Source: Eledone cirrhosa
Lineage: Eukaryota
Assembly: GCA_964016885.1 (NCBI GenBank)
Contig: OZ024743.1
Span: forward strand, 9,920,001-9,984,000
Length of the DNA stretch: 64,000 nt
Reading direction: 5' to 3'
Position 1 is the first letter of the stretch. The number at the start of each line of letters is the position of its first letter. A program made the position numbers and the translations under genes. This document shows, one piece after another, positions 42,995 to 58,429 of this stretch. The notes under the pieces are model-generated. The model was given only the letters and a program-made list of their open reading frames with translations, ran no database searches and was not told the origin of the DNA.

Positions 42995-44090
42995 AAGAAC
43001 GGGAATCACTCCCAACTATATTGCTGTTAATCGTATTTTTATGAACTTTTCTTTTCGTTTAAGCATGTTTCATATTAACATGATTATTACTTATATTTAG
43101 TTTAGGCTGACATCCAAAAAGTTAACTGTCTAAGTATTTCTATACTTAAGCTATATTTTTTAAAGAACCTCTGCAGATGTCTTTTTGTGTTTTTCAAGGC
43201 CCTATTATTAGTTTTCATAACAAACAGAACATCATCTCGATATACACCTCCTTCAAGATGCGGGCAACAGCCTTTCAGTTTATTCAGTAGGAAAATACTT
43301 ACTAAATCCGTGACTTGGGCCGAGTCACTAAAATCCATAGTTATGTTGAAGTTATCGGGTCGGTTCTTACGGGTCCAGAGAATACCGACAAAATTTACGT
43401 TTTTCTAGCTGCTAAGATAATATCAATTTCTTCTCTAGTAAGGCGACTAGCAGATTTAGCCATAATTAAGGCCCTATTAGGAGATTAGATGAGATGGATG
43501 AGTAATATCTATCTATGTTAAATTGTACGAAACTTAACCTATTTTTGTTTGTTAGTTGCGAGAGCCGTTTTTTCCCATAAGCTAAACCTAATTTTTCGTT
43601 TTAGTCCTGGTATTATTCTATCTAAGATCTGTTTACTTACTTTACCAATAACTGATGTCGATAGGCAAATTAGTCGGCTGGAAGGATTGCTATCAAAATT
43701 TACCTTATGGTCCTTAATGGTGAATCTTCGTGTTTACGATGTATACTGTTCCGTATATCTTTCCAGGTAGAGTCTATTTACTATATTATTTATCTCTTTA
43801 TTGATGCTATGCAGATTTTCATTACCCGCTTTAGGATAATTTCTATTCAGATCTTTACATATGAAAGAGTTGTGCGTTGGATAATCAATGCTATATACAT
43901 TTCTAGTTTTATCAGCTAAGGCGAATAAATTATTTTTAGAGTTGAAATTAGAGACAGCAGGGTTGAGATTGTGCAAAAAAGAGTTCATATATCTGTTTGG
44001 TTTCGTAAATATGATATTTCCGACCATGCCAATGAAGTCATTCTCAAATTCGTCCAAAAAATATTATGTGGAGGGCTTCTCTATGTCTTG
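42995..44090 (-). pseudogene. Naiad-type PLE reverse transcriptase fragment
   Basis: FENDFIGMV, ADKTRNVY, IKDHKVNF..PSSRLI, FNIDRYYSSI, FNITMD, GGVYRDDVL. Confidence 0.85.
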
Positions 44091-44107
44091 AAACTACACA
44101 CACATAC

Positions 44108-44158
<51 letters not shown>

Positions 44159-44250
44159 TTTTTTTTTAAAAGGAAAAGAATGACTTCACTTGTAGTTCTA
44201 AACAATTTTATTTAATTTTATATTATAATTTTACTTACCACAGTTCCTTC

Positions 44251-44285
<35 letters not shown>

Positions 44286-44466
44286 CTGCATAAGTTGGCT
44301 CAACTTATAATAAAAAATGAATAGGATTTCGCTTCAAGCATAGCTTTATATAATATGTATAAGTATTTTGTATCTCCAAGGAAATACGGTTTTAGGAAGC
44401 CGTAGCTATGCAAACACCGGAGGGCTAACGCCCACTGGTGATGTCCAGCAGAAGCAAGGGGGACAA

Positions 44467-44508
44467 CCGTCTATGCATTTCAGGCTTAACTGGCTTTCGT
44501 CAGGACGG
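44467..44508 (-). ncRNA. Type I hammerhead ribozyme (left arm)
   Basis: CCGTC-CTGACGA-AAGCCAGTTAAGCCT-GAAATGCATA-GACGG. Confidence 0.75.
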
Positions 44509-44694
44509 TCCCTCCCACCACTTGCGACTGCTGGACTAGAAGACAGCCGAGAATATATACATTTCTCGTCTGTGTAAATGAGGTAATTAATCTCATTTGC
44601 ATATATGAAGCTGCATAAGCCTGAAATGCATAGACGAGAAATGTATATATTCTCGGCTGTCTTCTAGTCCAGCAGTCGCAAGCGGTGGGAGGGA

Positions 44695-44736
44695 CCGTCC
44701 TGACGAAGGCCAGTTAAGCCTGAAATGCATAGACAG
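44695..44736 (+). ncRNA. Type I hammerhead ribozyme (right arm)
   Basis: CCGTC-CTGACGA-AGGCCAGTTAAGCCT-GAAATGCATA-GACAG. Confidence 0.8.
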
Positions 44737-44890
44737 TTGTCTCCCTTGCTTCTGCTGGACATCACCAGAGGGCGTTAGCCCCTCGGTGTTTGCATAGCTA
44801 CGGCTTCCTAAAACCGTATTTCCTTGGAGATATGAAATACTTATACATATTGTATAAAGCTATGCTTGAAGCGAAATCCTATTTCTTCTC

Positions 44891-44973
<83 letters not shown>

Positions 44974-44988
44974 ATATATATTTATATG

Positions 44989-45020
<32 letters not shown>

Positions 45021-45047
45021 CACACATATATATATATATATATATGT

Positions 45048-45084
<37 letters not shown>

Positions 45085-46002
45085 GTAGCTTAGATGATAT
45101 ACATTTCTACTGATGAGGAGCTAATTTGGTCCATAAATTGATGAAAGCTGTTTTCAATGTTTTTAGTGTACAAGGAAATACGTATATTTAACATGTTTAC
45201 ATATCTAAATACAAGAAATGTTTACATTTGATGTATACATATATGCAATCATGGTTACCTGTATGCTGTATATAAAAAGAATTTCTCTCTAACCTGTGTG
45301 CTCGTTGGCGTTTGACGAAGTCAGTGTCCACGAATTAAATTTTGATTTCTTTAACGATGACACGATGCTACCTTTTATTATATACAAAAAGAATAATTAC
45401 ATTACTGCACCCAACAAAGAGATCCTAAAACCGTTGGAGGGCAATTTCATTTGAGTGTATGAGTAGAAACCTCTAGTCTAATGATCACTTCAGTTGGGGA
45501 ACCGTTTTCGCGGCTATTTAAACTATTTCACTGTGAATATAAATGTCAACAAAGGTTAACATTAATAACGACCGGCTTCTGTTACATGTTCTTGTACCTC
45601 TTCTCACCATAATAATTTCTGTAAGACTGTTATTCAAGGACTGCACATAGCGTTTCATAATGCATTTACGATTATTCAAAAACTTTGTATCAATTCATGG
45701 CAATTCCGAAAGCGATCTTATCAGCTCTGCATCCTCAATAAATTCCTTTCATGCTATAAATACCATTTGTTGTCTAACATTTACTGACCATCTTTTGTAA
45801 TTGGATGTTTTCATTGGTATCTGTCCGTTACACATAATCATATACATGTAGGTGATAAATACATGTAAGTTTACAACTAGAAATGAATAGACAACATGTA
45901 AATGTGCATGTAAATGTACAACATATTTACATGTTCAGTGAGCTGTCGAAAGATACCCGTTAATTTTTCCTGTCTATTTTTGTTTTTATTATCATGTCAT
46001 AT

Positions 46003-46128
46003 GACGGTGGATTGGTTCAAATCCCAGCGAGGTTAACTTTGCTTTTCATTCTTACGGAGTCGCTAAAATAAAACATTAGTAATGCATTGGGATAATTGCT
46101 GGCCTTGTGTCAAAAGTAGAAACAATTA
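46003..46128 (+). mobile_element. SINE copy with internal deletion between A and B boxes; 15-bp TSD
   Basis: Family match; ATTATC(A/G)TGTCATAT at 45988-46002 / 46125-46139. Confidence 0.85.
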
Positions 46129-46393
46129 TCGTGTCATATACATCACACCAACAGAGCAGGCTCCAATCTGCTACACAAACTAGCATTACAAGTCAAGCAC
46201 TACTGTAATACGTGCAATTCAGCAAAGTGGCTGACAGAGTACCGTGACATTTATCTGTTTGTGTTATGTAACTGTGTGTAATTTTTGCTGAAACTGTATT
46301 CATATATATTCACGCCAACATGCACCTGTTTTGATAAACTGTTGTCACTTGCTTGACTCGTACTTCCTATATTTCTCTTTTGTTTCTTCTCTT

Positions 46394-46472
<79 letters not shown>

Positions 46473-46519
46473 AATGAATAATAACAGGTAGACATCATAA
46501 AAAGGTAATTTATTCCGAG

Positions 46520-46636
46520 TGCTTACAAATGTTTCAACAGTAGTTATACAGCCTAATCATGCTATGTGCAAATTGATAATTATTTGATTGCAGAAACTCA
46601 ATTTTCAAATGCTGCGACTACCATTTCCTCAGAGCA
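46520..46636 (-). ncRNA. Type I hammerhead with ~90-nt stem II, in a 180-bp unit (46470-46650) within (TA)n
   Basis: TGCT-CTGAGGA-AATGGTAGT...ACTACTGTT-GAAACATTTGTA-AGCA, then AATAAA. Confidence 0.8.
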
Positions 46637-46647
46637 GAATGGTTAAA

Positions 46648-46683
<36 letters not shown>

Positions 46684-46759
46684 CGAAGGAAATGTGGTAA
46701 GGAACCAGGTGGACCATAACGCACCAAAGTACTCAATACTTAGGGTAGTAGAGTGGGTA

Positions 46760-46894
46760 ATAGGAACGAGTGGGACCCCGACGGCTGAGCTCAAGCCGTT
46801 TCGACGGTTAATTCTGGACTAAAAAAATTTTTTAGTCCAGAATTACCCGTCGAAACGGCTTGAGCTCAGCCGTCGGGGTCCCACTCGTTCCTAT
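46760..46894. repeat. 135-bp near-perfect palindrome containing the 3' half of a hammerhead
   Basis: 67-bp arms, one mismatch, essentially no spacer; GAAACGGCT-TGAGCTC-AGCCGTC. Confidence 0.9.
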
Positions 46895-46912
46895 ATATAT
46901 ATATATGGAAAG

Positions 46913-46946
<34 letters not shown>

Positions 46947-47481
46947 CTTTCTCTCCCTCCCTCTCTCATTCTCTCTTTCTGTATCCATTTCCCCCTTCTC
47001 TCATATATTAATACTTATACTAATACTTCCTGCCTATAATTCGCTCTGTTATCGTGTCTCATACATCAGACAAACAGATCGAGCTACGATCTGGCATTAC
47101 AATTTCAGAGCCACATTAATGCGGGGAATTGCGCATGGGAGAGATAATTCAATAAGGCATGTAGCAAAGTGTGAAAATATATCCAACACAACACGAGCAC
47201 AAATTAAAATGAAACATTGAAAAGCCACACAGAGTGAAACTGGTTAGTGGAAAACCTATTGGATAATTATTAGTAATTTTTAAAATACTATATTTTAAAC
47301 AAAAACTATAATCTATTTTGTATGAAATACTTTCTATTAGTATATATATAAAAATATATATATAGTTTGCATATATATAAAAATAGCAAGTATATTTTGG
47401 AACCATTATTCTTATTCACTCTTTCTGTCTTCTCTCTTTCACCCTCTGTCCCTCTCCCTCCGCTCTCTCTCTTTTTGTATA

Positions 47482-47570
<89 letters not shown>

Positions 47571-49031
47571 GTAGATATTTGGAACAGCTTTTGAACAAAA
47601 AGATTCTGCCTAAATTTTGTGTTTGTTTGCACTGAGAATAATGTAGTATACGGATTCATTCAATAGTACTTAAGAAAGCTTCGTGTCTGTTTCTCTGTAC
47701 CTATTTTCCATATATAAATGTGTGAGGTTTGTCGCTGCACCTAGGTAGCAGTTGTGTTTGTGGCTTACATATTGAGTTACGAACCCAGGTTTATAATTTC
47801 CAAACGTTATCTAAGTTATTCTGGTTTGACCTCATCTTCGTAAAATTGTTGCGCCTAGCCTTCGGTCGAACAATATTATTTGCTGCATATCAGAAATTCA
47901 GATTTTGATATCTGTGGATGCGTGAAAGCGTTTTGTTGTCAAAGCTAGCATAAGACTGTATTTCTGTGCTGTACTTTTCTGTTTCAATTTGCGTGTCATA
48001 TAATATTAAACATGTTGCGTCTGTTGAAGATAATATCCATCACTGTCGGGCGTTAAAGCGAATAGTTCGTTCAGAAGAAAACGATTTAGACAATTGTTGA
48101 CAGTCTCCAGTGATTATTCGTTCAAGTTAATTTCAATGTGTCATGCTTTTCAACGTGAGAAAATTGACATATTGACAGTCACCTATATCTTCTTGACTTA
48201 TATATGATTTTTAAGCAATAACATTTCCTTCTTCTAATCAACAATTAATGTTTAATTGTCCAGAACAACTTTTTACAGTATCCCTGCTGTGCTAATGCTA
48301 CCTAATTTACTTTCTGAGTAAGTTATACAGATGATTTTCTCAAACTTCAAATTGAAAATTATTGACTATTTCTCTTCCTCTTTCTTTCAGTCTTTCTAAC
48401 TTCCTATTTTCGTTCTTCCTTCTTTCCTTTCCATCACTTTTTTCTTTCCTATCCATTCTTTCTTTGTTTTTATAGTAATTTTGTTTCCTCATATTCATGT
48501 ACATATTGCACATAAACACTTCTATTTTAACTATGGTATGTATATTTACATGGTAGATTGACTAATTCGAAATTAATATAGTAAAGGAATCATGAAGTGT
48601 GGCCTTTAGCTCCCTAGGCAAGTACACCACAACCGAAATATTCAAACTCACTAAAAATGGCAGGCTATGCAATCTCTGATGATCTTTTCAATTGAATATA
48701 CTTTTCGAATATTGCCAAAAGTGTATCCCAAAGAATGGTCTAGTTCTTCAAAGTTAGAGCACATTTTATTTCGGAAGAGCCCATTACCATGACTCTAGGA
48801 CATGTTCAAATTATGTATAGGAGACGGAGAAGGTGGTTTTAAATCATAATCATCCTCGCAACACCATCCGAAATAAGGTTGATTGGTGAAGACGTACTTA
48901 CATACGGTAGCCAATCTAAGAGTTAGTGCCACTTTCTCACTACTAATACTACCACCACCACCACCACCACACCTACTACTACTAATACTACCACCACCAC
49001 ACCTACTACTACTACTGTGCTGCTGCTGCTG

Positions 49032-49064
<33 letters not shown>

Positions 49065-49106
49065 GTACTAATGCTGCTGTTACTACTACTACTACTACTA
49101 CTACTA

Positions 49107-49290
49107 CCTAGAGACACATACATATATACATACATACCTAGAGACACATACATATATACATACCTAGAGACACATACATATATACATACCTAGAGACACA
49201 TACATATATACATACATACCTAGAGACATACATATATATATACATACCTAGAGACACATACATATATACATACATACCTAGATACATATA
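49107..49290. repeat. ~30-bp minisatellite CCTAGAGACACATACATATATACATACATA (also 50030-50810 and 57841-58050)
   Basis: Directly visible. Confidence 0.9.
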
Positions 49291-49306
49291 TATAGATATA
49301 TATACA

Positions 49307-49914
49307 TGGTGGCTGCCAACTCGTTTTCGAGTACTGCCACTACTTTATATCCATGTAGGAGAACCCCTACCGATGGGCTGAACGAGTGTGACTCTCTAGT
49401 CCAGCCAGCGACTTGAAAACTCTGGTACAAACACTACACTTGTGACAATTATTGACACATAGTGCTGGGCCCATGATATCATGTGACGACAAGTGCAGAG
49501 AGATCTCCAGATATAAAGCAATGCCTGTGCCGTGAAGCTTGTATAGTGAGCAAAGGCACTGCACAAAGCCAGTCCCACTCTCTTAACCAAGATGATATTT
49601 ATCAAAAAGAAGAACAAATCAACATCATTGGATACCATCAGGGTTGCAGGTGTTATATCAGAGTTTTCCTTCTCCTAGAATTCTGCCTTGACAAAGGCTA
49701 AGGGGTCATCTCTCCCGGTGATTTTGGATGGCCATTGACTCTTTGAGCTCCTTTGCCCTTTGACAGGTTTTGTTTTTAATCCTGCAGGATGTCCAAAGTC
49801 ACCCTCCTCACCAAGAAACCTTGGTGGGGTTGCCAGTTTAGTCACCAACGACCCGACCATGAGACAGGTTGTACTGGAATACATGTTACCAGTAGCACCA
49901 ACTGGTGACCTGAC
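49307..49914 (-). mobile_element. Bipartite element, copy C (longest 5' end)
   Basis: Family match; minus strand [26 protein letters not shown] remnant. Confidence 0.88.
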
Positions 49915-49927
49915 ATACATACATACA

Positions 49928-49961
<34 letters not shown>

Positions 49962-49979
49962 CATACATACATACATACA

Positions 49980-50012
<33 letters not shown>

Positions 50013-50825
50013 GCATACATATATACATACATACCTAGAGACACATACATATATACATACATACCTAGAGACACATACATATATACATACATACGTACAT
50101 ATATACATACATATATACATACATACCTAGATACATACATACATATATACATACATACCTAGAGACACATACATATATACATACATACATACGTACATAC
50201 ATACATACATACATACCTAGAGACACATACATATATACATACATACCTAGAGACACATACATATATACATACATACCTAGAGACACATACATATATACAT
50301 ACATACCTAGAGACACATACATATATACATACATACTTAGATACATACATATATACATACATACCTAGAGACACATACATATATACATACATACCTAGAG
50401 ACACATACATATATACATACATACCTAGAGACACATACATATATACATACATACCTAGAGACACATACATATATACATACATACCTAGACACATACATAT
50501 ATACATACATACCTAGATACATACATATATATATACATACATACCTAGATTCATACATATATACATACATACCTAGATACATACATATATACATACATAC
50601 CTAGATACATACATATATATATACATACATACCTAGACACATACATATATACATACATACATACATACATACATACATACATACATACATACATACATAC
50701 ATACCTAGAGACACATACATATATACATACATACCTAGATACATACATATATATATACATACATACCTAGAGACACATACATATATACATACATACCTAG
50801 ACACATACATACATACATACATACA

Positions 50826-51466
50826 TGGTGGCTGCCAACTCGTTTTCGAGTACGGCTACTACTTTATATCCATGTAGGAGAACCCCTACCCATGCGCTGA
50901 ACGAGTGTGACTTTTTAGTCCAGCCAGCGACTTGAAAACTCTGGTACAAACACTACACTTGTGACAATTATTGACACATAGTGCTGGGCCCATGGTAGGA
51001 CAATTATTGACACATAGTGCTGGGCCCATGGTACCATGTGACGGCAAGTGCAGAGAGATCTCCAGATATAAAGCAATGCCTGTGCCGTGAAGCTTTTATA
51101 GTGAGCAAAGGCACTGCACAAAGCCAGTCCCACTCTCTTAACCAAGATGATATTTACCAAAAAGAAGAACAAGTCAACATCATTGGATACCATCAGGGTT
51201 GCAGGTGTTATATCAGAGTTTTCCTTCTCCTAGAATTCTGCCTTAACAAAGGCTAAGGGGTCATCTCTCCCGGTGATTTTGGATGGCCATTGACTCTTAA
51301 GAGCTCCTTTGCCCTTTGACAGGTTTTGTTTTTAGTCCTGCAGGATGTCCAAAGTCACCCTCCTCACCAAGAATCCTTGGTGGGGTTGCCAGTTTAGTCG
51401 CCAACGACCCGACCATGAGACAGGTTGTACTGGGATACATGTTACCAGTAGCACCAAGTGGTGACC
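50826..51466 (-). mobile_element. Bipartite element, copy D (36-bp internal duplication)
   Basis: Family match. Confidence 0.88.
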
Positions 51467-55176
<3,710 letters not shown>

Positions 55177-55817
55177 TGGTGGCTGCCAACTCGTTTTCGA
55201 GTACGGCTACTACTTTATATCCATGTAGGAGAACCCCTACCCATGCGCTGAACGAGTGTGACTTTTTAGTCCAGCCAGCGACTTGAAAACTCTGGTACAA
55301 ACACTACACTTGTGACAATTATTGACACATAGTGCTGGGCCCATGGTAGGACAATTATTGACACATAGTGCTGGGCCCATGGTACCATGTGACGGCAAGT
55401 GCAGAGAGATCTCCAGATATAAAGCAATGCCTGTGCCGTGAAGCTTTTATAGTGAGCAAAGGCACTGCACAAAGCCAGTCCCACTCTCTTAACCAAGATG
55501 ATATTTACCAAAAAGAAGAACAAGTCAACATCATTGGATACCATCAGGGTTGCAGGTGTTATATCAGAGTTTTCCTTCTCCTAGAATTCTGCCTTAACAA
55601 AGGCTAAAGGGTCATCTCTCCCAGTGATTTTGGATGGCCATTGACTCTTAAGAGCTCCTTTGCCCTTTGACAGGTTTTGTTTTTAGTCCTGCAGGATGTC
55701 CAAAGTCACCCTCCTCACCAAGAATCCTTGGTGGGGTTGCCAGTTTAGTCGCCAACGACCCGACCATGAGACAGGTTGTACTGGGATACATGTTACCAGT
55801 AGCACCAAGTGGTGACC
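55177..55817 (-). mobile_element. Bipartite element, copy E (near-identical to D)
   Basis: Shares the 36-bp duplication and 5' junction with D. Confidence 0.88.
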
Positions 55818-55850
55818 ATACATACATATATATATATATATACATACATA

Positions 55851-55882
<32 letters not shown>

Positions 55883-55883
55883 C

Positions 55884-55918
<35 letters not shown>

Positions 55919-55941
55919 CATACATATATATATATACATAC

Positions 55942-55974
<33 letters not shown>

Positions 55975-55991
55975 CATATATATATACATAC

Positions 55992-56085
<94 letters not shown>

Positions 56086-56297
56086 ACATATACATATACA
56101 TATATATACATATACATATACATATATACATATATATACATATACACATATATACATATACATATATATACATATACATATACATATATATATATATACA
56201 TATACATATACATATATATATATATACATATACATATACATATATATATATATATACATATATATACATATATATATACATATATACATATATATAC

Positions 56298-56328
<31 letters not shown>

Positions 56329-56383
56329 CATATATACATATATATACATATATACATATATATACATATATACATATATATAC

Positions 56384-56416
<33 letters not shown>

Positions 56417-56999
56417 CATATACATATATATACATATACATATATATATACATATACATATATATACATATACATATATATATACATATACATATATATA
56501 CATATACATATATATATAAATATACATATATATACATATACATATACATATATATACATATACATATATATACATATACATATATATACATATACATATA
56601 TATACATATACATATATATACATATACATATATATACATATACATATATATATACATATACATATATATACATATACATATATATACATATATATATATA
56701 TACATATACATATACATACATATACATATATATACATATACATACATATACATATACATACATATACATATATATATATATACATATACATATACATACA
56801 TATACATATACATATATATACATATACATATACATATACATACATATACATATACATATATATACATATACATATATATACATATACATATATATACATA
56901 TACATATATATACATATACATATATATACATATACATATATATACATATACATATATATACATATACATATATATACATATACATATATATACATATAC

Positions 57000-57032
<33 letters not shown>

Positions 57033-57142
57033 CATATATACATATATATACATATATATACATATATATACATATATACATATATATACATATATATATA
57101 TACATATATATATATACATATATATATATATACATATATATA
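55818..57142. repeat. ~1.3-kb (TA)n/(TACA)n microsatellite
   Basis: Directly visible. Confidence 0.97.
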
Positions 57143-57750
57143 TGGTGGCTGCCAACTCGTTTTCGAGTACGGCCACTACTTTATATCCATGTAGGAGAAC
57201 TCCTACCAATGCGCTGAACGAGTGTGACTTTTTAGTCCAGCCAGCGACTTGAAAACTCTGGTACAAACACTACACTTGTGACAATTATTGACACATAGTG
57301 CTGGGCCCATGGTACCATGTGAGGACAAGTGCAGAGAGATCTCCAGATATAAAGCAATGCCTGTGCCGTGAAGCTTTTATAGTGAGCAAAGGCACTGCAC
57401 AAAGCCAGTCCCACTCTCTTAACCAAGATGATATTTACCAAAAAGAAGAACAAGTCAACATCATTGGATACCATCAGGGTTGCAGGTGTTATATCAGAGT
57501 TTCCTTCTCCTAGAATTCTGCCTTGACAAAGGCTAAGGGGTCATCTCTCCCGGTGATTTTGGATGGCCATTGACTCTTAAGAGCTCCTTAGCCCTTTGAC
57601 AGGTTTTGTTTTTAGTCCTGCAGGATGTCCAAAATCACCCTCCTCACCAAGAAACCTTGGTGGGGTTGCCAGTTTAGTCGCCAACGACCCGACCATGAGA
57701 CAGGTTGTACTGGGATACATGTTACCAGTAGCACCAAGTGGTGACCTGAC
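57143..57750 (-). mobile_element. Bipartite element, copy F (longest 5' end)
   Basis: Family match. Confidence 0.88.
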
Positions 57751-58116
57751 ATAAACATACATACATACATACATACATACATACATACATACATACATAC
57801 ATACATACATACATACATACATACATACATACATACATACATACCTAGAGACACATACATATATACATACATATACATATATATATATATATATATACAT
57901 ACATACCTAGAGACACATACATATATACATACATACCTAGACACATACATATATACATACATACCTAGAGACATACATATATACATACATTTATACATAC
58001 CCAGATACATACATACATATATACATACATACCTAGATACATACATACATACATACATGATGGCTGCCCCCTCGTTATCGAGTATGGCCATTGCACGAGA
58101 AAGAAAAAAAAAAAAA

Positions 58117-58169
<53 letters not shown>

Positions 58170-58429
58170 TTTCTTTATTAACCACAAGGGTTTACATAAA
58201 GTAGACATTAAGGACAGTGCAGGACAATGCAGGACGGTACAAATGGGCATTTCTGCGTGTAAAAAAACAAAAACAGAGGATGTAACAAAAATAATAATGA
58301 AAATAACAATGAAAAATTCCCCAATAGGGGGGAGACTTCGGAGGGACATTTGTGGAGAAAGCCCAGTAAAAAGCCACAATGACCCTGACCACCAAGGCAA
58401 GTGTCCTCTCCCAGTTTTCCACCTTTAAT

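Larger units (their letters stand above)
44320..44883. repeat. Fold-back inverted repeat (~250-bp arms 44320-44571 / 44631-44883) carrying a hammerhead in each arm
   Basis: Near-identical reverse-complement arms between microsatellites. Confidence 0.95.

Noticed and set aside
45110-45150. CTGATGA motifs at 45110 and ~13188
   Set aside because: No GAAA correctly placed after a stem II, and no stems I or III.
49367-49450. C2H2 zinc finger suggesting a host ZNF gene
   Set aside because: It is a single finger at the 3' end of a repeated element, typical of RTE ORF2 C-termini; no linker array or splice context.
57660-57750. HDV-like ribozyme at the bipartite element 5' end (CCAGT...GG-GTCGTTGGCGAC-TAA-ACTGG)
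   Set aside because: P1 and P3 cannot be convincingly assigned, and the sister copy breaks the putative P2 (ACCGG) without compensation; kept only as a generic structured head.
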